NCBI GenBank assembly: GCA_045594085.1
Contig: JAZNXW010000009.1
Span: 201,775-265,774, forward strand
Reading direction: 5' to 3'
DNA length: 64,000 bases
Origin: Eubacteriales bacterium
GTDB lineage: Bacteria; Bacillota; Clostridia; Oscillospirales; CAG-272
Each line of letters starts with the position of its first letter. The stretch's first letter is position 1. Shown in pieces: positions 1-8,837 of the stretch. The position numbers and the translations under genes are program-made. The notes beneath the pieces are model-generated. The model saw only the letters and a program-made list of their open reading frames with translations. It searched no databases and was not told the DNA's origin.

Positions 1-1567
1 GATAATGCGTTTTTTCTTCGTCTTCTGCCAAAGAGGGCTCGAGCTTGCATCCCGTATACGTGATCTTCGATTCGGGATTAAGATACTTTTCGTATTCCGC
101 AGACGGAACGTCGTTCATATTCGCCTCGGTGAAGAGCTTATCGTAGCAAACGATATCGGCTGTATGTGCGTATTCGGCTGATACCCAGTGGATCGTGCCG
201 CGCACCTTTCTGCCGTCAGCGGGCATACCGCATCCCGTTTCGAGATCTGCGGTGCAACGGATCTCCGTCACGTTGCCGTTTTCGTCCTTGACGATCTCAT
301 TGCACTTGACGATGTAAGCGCCCATCAGACGCACTTCTCCGTCAGGCTTCATACGGTGGAACTTCGGAGGCGGAACCTCGGCAAAGTCATCTGCCTCGAT
401 ATAGAGCTCACGGGTGAACGGAACCTTACGCGTACCTGCTTCGGGATCTGTGGGATTGTTGGGAAGCTCGAAGTACTCGGTCTGTCCCTCGGGAATATTC
501 GTGACAACCACCTTGACGGGCTTGATAACGGCAACTCGTCTTTGTGCCGTCGATCCGAGCTCTTCTCTTACGCAATGCTCGAGCAGCTCAAGCTCTGCCA
601 TGCTGTTCGTCTTGGCAACGCCCACACGTCCGAGGAAGTCGATGATGGATGCGGCTGTATATCCGCGGCGGCGCAGACCGCAAAGCGTGGGCATTCTCGG
701 GTCATCCCAGCCGTCAACGAGTTCGGATTCTACAAGATAACGCAGGAAGCGCTTGGACATTACGGTATATGAGAGATTGAGACGTGCGAACTCTATCTGT
801 CTGGGCTGCACGGGACTGTCCATATAGGGAGCTACGTGTTCTTTAACCCAGTCATAAAGCGGGCGGTGAATCTCATACTCGAGTGAGCAGAGCGAATGGG
901 TAATGCCCTCGATGTAATCTTGGATGGGATGGGCGAAGTCGTACATCGGGAAGATGCACCACTTTGTTCCCTGACGGTGATGCTCGATATAGCGGATACG
1001 GTAGAGCACGGGATCGCGCATATTGAAGTTACCCGATGCAAGATCGATCTTTGCGCGGAGCGTATACTGACCTTCCGCGAACTCACCCGCTCTCATACGG
1101 CGGAACAGATCAAGGCTTTCCTCGATCGGTCTGTCGCGGTAAGGAGAGATAGCGGGATTATTGAGGTCGCCTCGGTATTCGGAGAACTTCTCCGCGGACA
1201 GCTCGCAAACGTATGCGTGACCGTCCTTGATGAGAGCCTCTGCGAGCTCATAGGTCTTTTCAAAATAATCGGAGCCGTAGAAGAATCTGTCATCCCAATC
1301 AAAACCGAGCCAATGAATATCTTCTTTGATCGCGTCTACGTATTCCGTATCTTCCTTTGCGGGGTTTGTATCGTCCATACGGAGATTACATTTGCCGCCG
1401 TATTTCTTTGCCGTACCGAAGTCGATAAGAAGTGCCTTGCAGTGACCTATGTGCAGGTAGCCGTTAGGCTCGGGAGGAAATCGGGTATGGATATCGTCGG
1501 CTTTATATTTGCCGCTTTCTATTTCTTCGTCGATTATTTCGTGGATGAAGTTATTGGTTTCTGCCAT
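1..1567 (-). CDS. glnS: Glutamine--tRNA ligase (GlnRS); C-terminal end runs off the window at position 1
   Basis: Absent from the supplied ORF track because there is no stop inside the window. My reverse-strand translation from ATG 1567-1565 reads MAETNNFIHEIIDEEIESGKYKADDIHTRFPPEPNGYLHIGHCKA..LRMDDTNP..FPMYDFAHP..YTVMSKR.. and stays open to position 1. Class-I HIGH and MSK motifs with a GlnRS-type body; AAAGGAAC RBS upstream. The + strand ORFs 188-772 and 896-1642 are its shadows. Confidence 0.9.
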   Translation of the reverse strand, partial: MAETNNFIHEIIDEEIESGKYKADDIHTRFPPEPNGYLHIGHCKALLIDFGTAKKYGGKCNLRMDDTNPAKEDTEYVDAIKEDIHWLGFDWDDRFFYGSDYFEKTYELAEALIKDGHAYVCELSAEKFSEYRGDLNNPAISPYRDRPIEESLDLFRRMRAGEFAEGQYTLRAKIDLASGNFNMRDPVLYRIRYIEHHRQGTKWCIFPMYDFAHPIQDYIEGITHSLCSLEYEIHRPLYDWVKEHVAPYMDSPVQPRQIEFARLNLSYTVMSKRFLRYLVESELVDGWDDPRMPTLCGLRRRGYTAASIIDFLGRVGVAKTNSMAELELLEHCVREELGSTAQRRVAVIKPVKVVVTNIPEGQTEYFELPNNPTDPEAGTRKVPFTRELYIEADDFAEVPPPKFHRMKPDGEVRLMGAYIVKCNEIVKDENGNVTEIRCTADLETGCGMPADGRKVRGTIHWVSAEYAHTADIVCYDKLFTEANMNDVPSAEYEKYLNPESKITYTGCKLEPSLAEDEEKTHY

Positions 1568-1586
1568 TTTAGTGTTCCTTTCGGGA

Positions 1587-3275
1587 TCAGAGCTTGGATG
1601 TCATATTTGCGAGTCTGTCGAGCGTACGTTCGGCGCCGATGATCTGCATTACTGTATAAAGATCGGGAGAATTGAGTTTTCCCGTAACGGCTACACGGAT
1701 CATCATACTTACATCGGCAACGCTTCCCTTGTACGAATCGGGATCGTTTCTGTACTGCTTCATATCGGGGCAATAGCCGAGAGCGGTACCGATCGCCTTG
1801 ATCTTTTCAAACCACGCGTTCTGATCGTCGGAAGCATCATACACCTTGGCAAACTCGAAAAGCACAGCCTTTACGTCCGCAAGATCCGTACCCTCGGGGT
1901 ATTCATCTTCGACCTTGAAATACGCGTCGTAGAAAAGCTCCATATAACGGCGGAGCTCAGCCCACGTTCCGTAGTCCTTTCTGGGCTTTTTACCGCCGCG
2001 TCCGATGCTGATGACAGCCTTTGCGAGATCGGGATCCGCAGCAAGCTTTCCTGCGAAATCGGGATCGAAATCCTGTGCCCACTCGTAAAGATAGTCGAAC
2101 ACCTTGTCGGCAGACATCTTGGACACGACGTTCTTGGACACGTCACCAAGCTTTACGATATCGAAAAGGCATCCGGAAACGCTCATTTTATTAATATTGA
2201 ATTTGAAATCGGTATAGGGCTTGTCACCGTTCTGAAGTCTCCACTCCTCAAAATTGGAGTTGAGGACGGTGAGCAGATACTCCGCAACTGCCTCGGGTGC
2301 GTATCCGAGACGCGAGTAGTCGCTCATATTTGCACCGAGATCACGCTTAGAGAGCTTCTTTTTGTTTCCGTTTTCATCAAGCTGCATGATCTGCGCGGTG
2401 TGCAAGTACTTGGGAAGCTTGAATCCAAGATAACGGAAAAGCATAATGTGCTTTGCAACGCTCGGGAGCCATTCCTCGCCGCGGATGACGTGTGTAGTGC
2501 GCATCAGGTGATCGTCAACTGCGTGCGCGAAGTGATACGTGGGGATTCCGTCGCTCTTGAGAAGGACGAAGTCTTCGTCGTTTTCGGGGATCTCCAGCTT
2601 TCCCTTGACAAGATCGCCGAAGGGAGTTTTTTTGTCGGGATCTCCGTCCGCGAGGATACGGAGGACGAACTTATTGCCCGCCTTGAGATTGGCTTCCACG
2701 TCTTCGATTGTAAATTCACGCATCTTGAGCATAGCGGCTTTCTGCTCTGCTCTTGCATCATCAGACCATTCCTTGGACTTTACCTCGGCTTTTTTGTCTA
2801 CTGTTTCGAGCTCTGCGAGTTCTTCGTCCGTAGAGAAGCAAGGATAGGCCTTGCCCTCGGCAACGAGCTTCTTTGCAAAAACATGATAGATATGGGCTCT
2901 TTCGCTCTGCTTATAAGGGCCGTAGATACCGTTATCTATGATGGTTCCGTTTTTGTCTACGGTTGCGCCCTCATCGAAGTTGATGCCGTATCTTGCAAGA
3001 GTTTTGATGAGATTTTCAGCCGCGCCGGGGATCTCGCGCTTTGCGTCAGTATCTTCAATTCTGAGATAGAACACGCCGCCTGACTGGTGAGCGAGTCTTT
3101 CACCGACCATTGTCTGATATACGCCGCCGAGATGAACGTATCCTGTGGGGCTGGGTGCGAATCTTGTTACCTTTGCGCCTTCGGGGAGCTTTCTTTCGGG
3201 ATATTTCGCCTCAAGCTCCTCGGGAGTGAGGGTCACGTTCGGGAAAAGCAGCTCCGCCAGGTATTTATAATCCAT
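1587..3275 (-). CDS. gltX: Glutamate--tRNA ligase, long form (562 aa from the chosen start)
   Basis: ORF 1587..3317. RFAPSPTGYVHLGG (HIGH-type), YLRIEDTDAKRE and KLSKRD (KMSKS-type) motifs. Start moved to ATG 3275-3273 (MDYKYLAELL), which has GGAGG 9 nt upstream. Confidence 0.88.
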   Translation of the reverse strand: MDYKYLAELLFPNVTLTPEELEAKYPERKLPEGAKVTRFAPSPTGYVHLGGVYQTMVGERLAHQSGGVFYLRIEDTDAKREIPGAAENLIKTLARYGINFDEGATVDKNGTIIDNGIYGPYKQSERAHIYHVFAKKLVAEGKAYPCFSTDEELAELETVDKKAEVKSKEWSDDARAEQKAAMLKMREFTIEDVEANLKAGNKFVLRILADGDPDKKTPFGDLVKGKLEIPENDEDFVLLKSDGIPTYHFAHAVDDHLMRTTHVIRGEEWLPSVAKHIMLFRYLGFKLPKYLHTAQIMQLDENGNKKKLSKRDLGANMSDYSRLGYAPEAVAEYLLTVLNSNFEEWRLQNGDKPYTDFKFNINKMSVSGCLFDIVKLGDVSKNVVSKMSADKVFDYLYEWAQDFDPDFAGKLAADPDLAKAVISIGRGGKKPRKDYGTWAELRRYMELFYDAYFKVEDEYPEGTDLADVKAVLFEFAKVYDASDDQNAWFEKIKAIGTALGYCPDMKQYRNDPDSYKGSVADVSMMIRVAVTGKLNSPDLYTVMQIIGAERTLDRLANMTSKL

Positions 3276-3289
3276 AAAATTTACCTCCG

Positions 3290-3373
3290 TTCTGCCGTCA
3301 TCGACAGCACAAACCAACTATTGAATTATTAAACAAATTAACATATTTATTCTGCCGTCACAAGATACGGCAG
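3290..3373 (-). repeat. Direct repeat TTCTGCCGTCA (3290-3300 and 3350-3360, 60 nt apart) in the gltX leader; the distal copy is part of hairpin 3352-3358/3367-3373
   Basis: Exact 11-nt repeat read from the sequence. On the mRNA strand each copy (UGACGGCAGAA) is the 3' arm of a small stem-loop. The proximal copy abuts the GGAGG RBS. Confidence 0.7.
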
Positions 3374-3378
3374 TATAG

Positions 3379-3407
3379 ATTATACCACGGCTGATCGCGG
3401 TTTTCAA
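3379..3407 (-). promoter_or_regulatory. Sigma-A type promoter for gltX-glnS (TTGAAA-17 nt-TGgTATAAT)
   Basis: Reverse strand: -35 TTGAAA (3407-3402), 17-nt spacer, extended -10 TGgTATAAT (-10 at 3384-3379). Confidence 0.65.
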
Positions 3408-3447
3408 GAATAATTCATTTTATTTCATTTTTAGATTGCATAAATTG

Positions 3448-3476
3448 TTGATTTTCCGGTCGAATAATGTTATTAT
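3448..3476 (+). promoter_or_regulatory. Sigma-A type promoter (TTGATT-17 nt-TATTAT) for the DivIVA-domain / XRE pair
   Basis: -35 at 3448-3453 and -10 at 3471-3476, 17-nt spacer, about 45 nt upstream of the GTG start. Confidence 0.55.
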
Positions 3477-3522
3477 ATAGGTTACAGGTAAATCAAATTT
3501 ACACCGAAACGGAGAAAATAAC

Positions 3523-4071
3523 GTGTCATCCAAGCTCTTCAAGTCCGCGATCGGCGGCTACAATAAAACGGAAGTTGACGAATACGCACTTCACATAAGC
3601 AGAAAGCTCGAGCTTCAGAAAAAGGAATACGAAAAAAAACTTGAGATCCTTGAGGTCGAAAACAGAAAGCTCGCAAACGAGAAAAAAGCTGTTGAAGATA
3701 AGCTCACCGAGGACGAGGCCATCATAGCCGCGTTCCGCGCGAGACTTTCCGAGGAAGCGGGCAAGGAAAAAGAAGAAGCCGCTCCCGCAGAGGACAGCGA
3801 GATACTTCAAAAATCGAAGCGTTACGACGAGATCAGCCGTCTGCTCGGTGAGATCATTGCAAACGCAAACGCAGACGCCGCAGCGATCAAGCGCGAAGCT
3901 TCCGAGGATGCTGAAAAGATCATCGGAGACGCAAAGCAAAAATCTCTCGAAATGCGCACATCCGCGGCAGCGGACATCCGCAGTCTTGCCTCCGAGCTGA
4001 CCGAAAAGCTCACCGCCATCACCGAAAACGCCGAGACAGTTCTCGTCGGCACAGAAACGGACGCCGAATAA
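3523..4071 (+). CDS. DivIVA-domain coiled-coil protein
   Basis: N-terminus FKSAIGGYNKTEVDEYALHI matches the DivIVA N-terminal signature (F..x.GY....VD.f). The rest is Glu/Lys/Ala-rich coiled coil. GTG start with GGAG 8 nt upstream. Confidence 0.75.
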   Translation: MSSKLFKSAIGGYNKTEVDEYALHISRKLELQKKEYEKKLEILEVENRKLANEKKAVEDKLTEDEAIIAAFRARLSEEAGKEKEEAAPAEDSEILQKSKRYDEISRLLGEIIANANADAAAIKREASEDAEKIIGDAKQKSLEMRTSAAADIRSLASELTEKLTAITENAETVLVGTETDAE

Positions 4072-4896
4072 ATGAACATCGGCAAAAAGATCCGTTCCCT
4101 TCGCATACAGCGCGGACTGACGCAAAAGGAGCTCGCCGGAGGCGAGATCACGCGCAACATGCTCTCGCGCATTGAAAACGGAGCTGCATACCCGTCGATC
4201 GGATCGCTTCTTTATCTCGCGGAGCGTCTTGAGGTTTCTCCCGCTTATTTCTTCGATGAATCCGAAAAAACGCAGAGTGAGATCGAAAGTATGCTTTGCT
4301 CATACTACAACGAGGGCGAATACGAAAAATGCATCACGACGGGATCCGTGCTTCCCGCATCCGAGGCGGGAAACATCCTTGCACAGTGTTATCTGAACAT
4401 CGCCGTATCGGACTTTATGCAAATGAAGTACAAGAGCGCCCGCGAATCGCTGCTTCTGGCAAAGGAACAATGCGAATCAGCCGCAGACATCACGGACACG
4501 CTGTACAACACGGTTATGTGTCTTCTAAAGCTCCATAACGTCTCGTTTGATACAGGGCTTGAGACTCTTTCATCAGACCTTCTTCCCTCTTACAAGGCAA
4601 TGACGGCAAACTACTATATGTTCCTTTTGTCAAACGTCACATCCTGTACAAACGAAGATGAGCTTTCAAAAAACAGCATTTACGGCTTGCACATCTCCGC
4701 GCGAGCGGAAATCGCGGCAGGCAATTATGCGGACGCGGTAAACATCCTGAAGCTGGCAAGGGATCGCATCACGGACTCGACGCCGCCCGCGCTCGTTTAT
4801 ATGATCGCGGACGATCTTGAAGCCTCCGCGCTCAAAACGGAGAATTACAAGGACGCATACGATGCGGCACGTCTCAAAAACACGGTCGGTAAATAA
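4072..4896 (+). CDS. XRE-family HTH transcriptional regulator with a TPR-like C-terminal domain (RRNPP-like architecture)
   Basis: IRSLRIQRGLTQKELAG..ITRNMLSRIENG is a classic Cro/C1 HTH, and the C-terminal ~200 aa is helical-repeat-like. Its ATG directly abuts the upstream TAA (TAAATG). Confidence 0.8.
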   Translation: MNIGKKIRSLRIQRGLTQKELAGGEITRNMLSRIENGAAYPSIGSLLYLAERLEVSPAYFFDESEKTQSEIESMLCSYYNEGEYEKCITTGSVLPASEAGNILAQCYLNIAVSDFMQMKYKSARESLLLAKEQCESAADITDTLYNTVMCLLKLHNVSFDTGLETLSSDLLPSYKAMTANYYMFLLSNVTSCTNEDELSKNSIYGLHISARAEIAAGNYADAVNILKLARDRITDSTPPALVYMIADDLEASALKTENYKDAYDAARLKNTVGK

Positions 4897-4921
4897 ACCA
4901 AGTCAAATCACGCTCACCAAA

Positions 4922-4954
4922 GCACTCTTTACGAACGTAAGGAGTGCTTTTTTT
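4922..4954 (+). terminator. Rho-independent terminator
   Basis: 10-bp stem (4922-4931 / 4938-4947, one G-U), 6-nt loop, then T7 (4948-4954). Confidence 0.85.
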
Positions 4955-5081
4955 ACGTTCAAACACAAGAATTTGTTTTTCGCTTGCCGAATTATAATAT
5001 ATTTTGTGCCCCTGCGGGGATTTATCATTTAGATATTTTGACGAAAATAAGCCAAAAGCAAAAAAATATTCCGCTTTTGTA

Positions 5082-5109
5082 TTGCAAAAATCCGCTTTTT
5101 CGTTATAAT
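5082..5109 (+). promoter_or_regulatory. Candidate promoter of the decarboxylase operon (TTGCAA-16 nt-TATAAT)
   Basis: -35 at 5082-5087, -10 at 5104-5109. A second TATAAT lies at 5114-5119. Confidence 0.5.
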
Positions 5110-5197
5110 TGATTATAATGGGTTAAAATGGGGATGGATTGAACTGTATACAGTTTTGATTCCCTGATTTATCTATATATTAACCGGAGGTTTTTAT

Positions 5198-6676
5198 ATG
5201 CAGAAAAAAGATTTCGAAGCAGTCGCTGAAGCGCTCAAGCGCGCACAGCAGAAAACGACCGCTGCGATCAAGGACTTCCTCCGCGAGCTTGACGGCAAGA
5301 ACGAAACGGCCGCACTCGCAGGAAAGCGCCTTACGGCAAGAGCTCGCATTACCGCGCTCTTTGACGAAGGCACATTTGTAGAAACAGGCGCATATATCAA
5401 GCGCCGCGCCACCGAATTCGATCCCGATGCAATCGACTCCGACGATTTCGAAGCTGTTATCACTGGTTACGGCTCCGTTAACGGATCTCTTGTTTATGCA
5501 TTCGCAGAGGATCACTTCCGCAGCAAGGGTGCTGTCGGTGAAGCTCACGCAAAGAAGATCTGCGCGCTTTACGACATGGCAATTGCTAACGGTGCTCCCG
5601 TTGTCGGTATCTTCGACAGCAACGGAGCTTTCGTTCTCGAAGGCACAGCAGCGCTTTCCGGCTACGGTAAGGTTATGTCCTCCGTATCCCGTGCTTCCGG
5701 CGTTATCCCGCAGATCGCCGTTATCGCAGGCACATGTGCAGGCTCTGCCGCAGTTATCGCATCTATGTTTGACGTAACCATCCTCTCCGAGCTCGACGGA
5801 AAATATTACGTAACCAAGGACACCGCAACCGTTCCCGCCATCACCGTCGCAGACGAGATCAGCGCGATCACAGAAGCAAAGCTTCTCATTTCCGTACTTC
5901 CCTCCAACAATTGCGAAGGCACCGTTCGCTTCGACAAGAATGCAAACAGCCTCGTTGACGTATCCTACGTTAAGGACGGCGGCTATGACGTTCACAACGT
6001 TATCGCATCCGTTGCCGATGACGGCAACTACAAGGAGCTTTACACTGCGCTCGCTCCCGAGCTCGTTATCGCTCTTTCCTCCGTCGGCGGCACCGTTACG
6101 GGTATCGTTGCTACGAACCCTGCAGTAAACGGCGGTAAGCTCACCTCCGATGCTGCAAAGAAGGCGTCCCGTCTCATCTCCCTTTGCGACAGCTTCAACA
6201 TCCCCGTGCTCACTCTCGTAGACGGCAAGGGTCTTGATCTTGAAAACGCTCCCGAAGCGGCAGATCTCGCAAAGCTCGCTTTCGCTTACACTACAGCAGA
6301 ATGCGCAAAGATCACCGTCGTTCTCGGCGAAGCTTACGGCGCTGCTTACACCGTACTCGGAAGCAAATCCGTTGGCACAGACATCACACTCGCGCTCGAT
6401 TCCGCAGTTATCAGTGCTATGCCTGCCGAATCCGCTGTTGCTCTTCTTTGGGACGAAAAGTTCGAAGGCGCGACCGATCCCGCAGCACGCCGTGCCGAGC
6501 TCGTTTCCGAATGGAACGCGACCTTCGGCTCCGCAATCGACGCCGCTTACAAGGGCGAAATAGACGACATCATCGAATCCTCCGAGCTCCGTGCACGCAT
6601 CGCCGCCGCTCTTGAGATGCTCTCGATGAAAAACGCAGGTGAGCCCGCAAGACGCCATATCAATCTCCCCCTTTAA
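5198..6676 (+). CDS. Acyl-CoA carboxyltransferase, 12S / MmdA-GcdA-type alpha subunit of a biotin-dependent decarboxylase or transcarboxylase
   Basis: 492 aa with a two-lobed carboxyl-transferase architecture (..GSVNGSLVYAFAEDHFRSKGAVGEAHAKKI.. and ..GIVATNPAVNGGKLTSDAAKKASRLISLCDSFNIPVLTLVD..). GGAGG RBS. Operon context with BCCP and the Na+-pump beta subunit. Confidence 0.85.
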   Translation: MQKKDFEAVAEALKRAQQKTTAAIKDFLRELDGKNETAALAGKRLTARARITALFDEGTFVETGAYIKRRATEFDPDAIDSDDFEAVITGYGSVNGSLVYAFAEDHFRSKGAVGEAHAKKICALYDMAIANGAPVVGIFDSNGAFVLEGTAALSGYGKVMSSVSRASGVIPQIAVIAGTCAGSAAVIASMFDVTILSELDGKYYVTKDTATVPAITVADEISAITEAKLLISVLPSNNCEGTVRFDKNANSLVDVSYVKDGGYDVHNVIASVADDGNYKELYTALAPELVIALSSVGGTVTGIVATNPAVNGGKLTSDAAKKASRLISLCDSFNIPVLTLVDGKGLDLENAPEAADLAKLAFAYTTAECAKITVVLGEAYGAAYTVLGSKSVGTDITLALDSAVISAMPAESAVALLWDEKFEGATDPAARRAELVSEWNATFGSAIDAAYKGEIDDIIESSELRARIAAALEMLSMKNAGEPARRHINLPL

Positions 6677-6691
6677 TGAAAGGAGACTGAC

Positions 6692-7105
6692 ATGACAGCT
6701 ATCAGATTTGCAGCTCTCGCGGCATCTGCATCGTCCGGCACCGAACCTCTGACCACGGTTTCCGAGAAGATCTCTACAGGTCTTACCGTATTAGCACTCG
6801 GTATGGTCACGGTTTTCGCGGTTCTCGCCATTCTTTGGGCACTGCTTGCGCTCTTCAAGGTTATTTTCTATCACGAAAAGAAGCCTGCCGAAGCAAAAAC
6901 TCCCAAGACAGCTCCCGCACCGGCACCGGCACCTGCACCTGCTCCCGCAGCAACTCCCGAACCCGAAATCGACAACGGCGCGCTCATCGCCGCCATCACA
7001 GCCGCTATTGCCGCTTACACGGCAGACGACGCAAGCTTTGCGGGCGGCTTCAGAGTCGTTTCCTTCAGACGTTCGGCAAACGCTTCCCCCTGGAACAAAC
7101 GATAA
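6692..7105 (+). CDS. OadG/MmdD-like small membrane subunit of a Na+-transporting decarboxylase
   Basis: One TM segment (GLTVLALGMVTVFAVLAILWALLALF), an (Ala-Pro)n linker, and an alanine-rich C-terminal tail. Positioned between the carboxyltransferase and BCCP. Confidence 0.7.
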   Translation: MTAIRFAALAASASSGTEPLTTVSEKISTGLTVLALGMVTVFAVLAILWALLALFKVIFYHEKKPAEAKTPKTAPAPAPAPAPAPAATPEPEIDNGALIAAITAAIAAYTADDASFAGGFRVVSFRRSANASPWNKR

Positions 7106-7138
7106 ACCCTATATATCATTTCTGAAAGGATTTTTATC

Positions 7139-7534
7139 ATGAAAAAGTATAATGTAACCGTAAACGGTGTCGTATATGAAGTACTCGTTGAGGAAGCAGG
7201 CACAGTCGCTTCCGCTCCCGTTGCTGCTCCTGCTCCTGTAGCAGCTCCCGCAGCAGCACCCGCTCCCGCAGTAGCACCCGCTCCCGCACCTGCTCCCAAG
7301 GCAGCTCCCGCAGCAGCCGCAGGCGCTGTTACCGTTAATGCTCCGATGCCCGGCACCATCCTCAAGGTATGCGTATCCGTTGGTGCTGACGTTAAGAAGG
7401 GCGACGTTCTCTGCATCCTCGAAGCTATGAAGATGGAAAATGAGATCCTCGCACCTCAGGACGGTAAGGTTGCTACCGTTGTTCAGAGCGGCGCATCCGT
7501 TTCCACCGGCGATCTCCTCGTTTCTCTTTCATAA
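7139..7534 (+). CDS. Biotin carboxyl carrier protein (biotinyl-lipoyl domain)
   Basis: Ala/Pro linker followed by ..VLCILEAMKMENEI.. (the EAMKM biotinylation motif). The Lys codon is at 7430-7432. Confidence 0.9.
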   Translation: MKKYNVTVNGVVYEVLVEEAGTVASAPVAAPAPVAAPAAAPAPAVAPAPAPAPKAAPAAAAGAVTVNAPMPGTILKVCVSVGADVKKGDVLCILEAMKMENEILAPQDGKVATVVQSGASVSTGDLLVSLS

Positions 7535-7599
7535 TATAAGCGGAATATAACCTCATAACGCTATATTTTCGCAAACTATTATAAAGGAGTGTAACCGTT

Positions 7600-8808
7600 T
7601 TGGATTTCGTACAAAAATTCTTGGAAACAACGGGATTTATGCAGCTCATCTATGATGAGTCCGGCGCGGTCAACCCCGATTTTTACAAGACGCTCATCAT
7701 GTATGCTATCATCGGTGTGCTCTTTTACCTCGGCGTTGTTAAAAAATTCGAGCCCCTTCTGCTCGTCCCGATCGCTTTCGGTATGCTCCTCGCTAACCTT
7801 CCCGGAGCAAACCTCATCCATATGGATTTCTTTATCAGCGAAGACAACAGCCTCTCCCTTGTTGACACGTTAAAGCTCGTAGTCAACGAAGGCGGTCTCG
7901 TTGACATTCTCTATCTCGGAGTTAAGCTCGGTATCTATCCGTCCCTCATATTTATGGGCGTCGGTGCGATGACTGACTTCTCCGCACTTATTGCTAACCC
8001 CGTATCCCTTATGATGGGTGCTGCGTCACAGTTCGGCGTATTCGTTGCATTCGTAGGAGCTCTTTTCCTCGGATTCACTCCCGCAGAAGCTTCCGCAATC
8101 GGTATCATCGGCGGCGCTGACGGACCTACCGCTATTCTCGTAACAAAGACGCTCGCTCCTCACCTTCTCGGTGCTATCGCGATCGCCGCTTACAGCTACA
8201 TGGCGCTCATTCCCTTCATTCAGCCTCCGTTTATGAAGCTCTTGACAACAAAGAAGGAACGTCAGATCGTTATGTCTACGCTCCGTCCCGTATCCAAGCT
8301 TGAGCTCGTCGTATTCCCGATCGTTGTTACCCTTGTCGTAACCATGGTCGTTCCGGACGCGGCTCCCCTCGTTGGCTTCCTTATGCTCGGTAACCTCTTC
8401 AACGTAACGGGCGTTACCGACCGTCTCTCCAAGACTGCGCAGAACGAGCTTATCAACATCTGCACTATCTTCCTCGGCGTTTCCGTCGGTGCGACAGCCA
8501 ACGCCGAAAACTTTCTCTCTCCTCAGACGCTCTACATCATCGCGCTCGGTCTCACCGCATTCTGTTTCTCCACGGTCGGCGGTCTGCTTTGCGGCAAGTT
8601 CCTCTGCTGGGTCACCAAGGGCAAGATCAACCCCCTCATCGGCTCCGCAGGCGTTTCCGCAGTTCCGATGTCGGCAAGAGTTTCTCAGGCTGTCGGTCAG
8701 AAAGAAAACCCCGCAAACTTCCTTCTCATGCACGCAATGGGTCCGAACGTTGCAGGTGTTATCGGCTCCGCAGTTGCAGCAGGTGTACTGCTCTCCCTCT
8801 ACGCATAA
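7600..8808 (+). CDS. Na+-transporting decarboxylase beta subunit (OadB/MmdB/GcdB family)
   Basis: 402-aa polytopic membrane protein with family-typical segments (GANLIHMDFF.., IGIIGGADGPTAI, SAGVSAVPMSARV). TTG start with AAAGGAG upstream. Confidence 0.88.
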   Translation: MDFVQKFLETTGFMQLIYDESGAVNPDFYKTLIMYAIIGVLFYLGVVKKFEPLLLVPIAFGMLLANLPGANLIHMDFFISEDNSLSLVDTLKLVVNEGGLVDILYLGVKLGIYPSLIFMGVGAMTDFSALIANPVSLMMGAASQFGVFVAFVGALFLGFTPAEASAIGIIGGADGPTAILVTKTLAPHLLGAIAIAAYSYMALIPFIQPPFMKLLTTKKERQIVMSTLRPVSKLELVVFPIVVTLVVTMVVPDAAPLVGFLMLGNLFNVTGVTDRLSKTAQNELINICTIFLGVSVGATANAENFLSPQTLYIIALGLTAFCFSTVGGLLCGKFLCWVTKGKINPLIGSAGVSAVPMSARVSQAVGQKENPANFLLMHAMGPNVAGVIGSAVAAGVLLSLYA

Positions 8809-8837
8809 TTAAATTACAGAAAGGAATCGTAACATAA

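Noticed and set aside
188-1642. + strand ORFs 188-772 (194 aa) and 896-1642 (248 aa) are the only sizeable track ORFs at the left edge.
   Set aside because: They are antisense shadows of glnS. The reverse strand translates into an uninterrupted, motif-perfect GlnRS from 1567 to position 1. It is missing from the track only because it has no in-window stop.
1509-3083. 524-aa + strand ORF opposite gltX.
   Set aside because: It has no RBS and a Cys/Ile/Val/Leu/Gly-rich junk composition with no recognisable motif. It fully overlaps a motif-rich aaRS gene on the other strand.
3276-3522. Possible T-box riboswitch upstream of gltX (also considered upstream of argS at 25941-26021).
   Set aside because: I found no T-box sequence (..GGUGGUACCGCG..), no specifier-loop/AG-bulge architecture and no terminator/antiterminator pair. 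The argS spacer (~80 nt) is far too short for a T-box.
5180-6658. 492-aa reverse-strand ORF mirroring the carboxyltransferase gene almost end to end.
   Set aside because: This is a mirror ORF produced by codon bias (GC-rich third positions suppress antisense stops). The product is Cys/Gly/Val/Ala-rich with no motifs, whereas the sense gene has clear family signatures and an RBS.
6895-7330. Short tandem repeats (GCACCG/GCACCT/GCTCCC units) that look like a repeat array.
   Set aside because: They are in frame inside the OadG-like and BCCP genes and encode (Ala-Pro)n flexible linkers typical of biotin-dependent enzymes. This is not a CRISPR array or a non-coding repeat.
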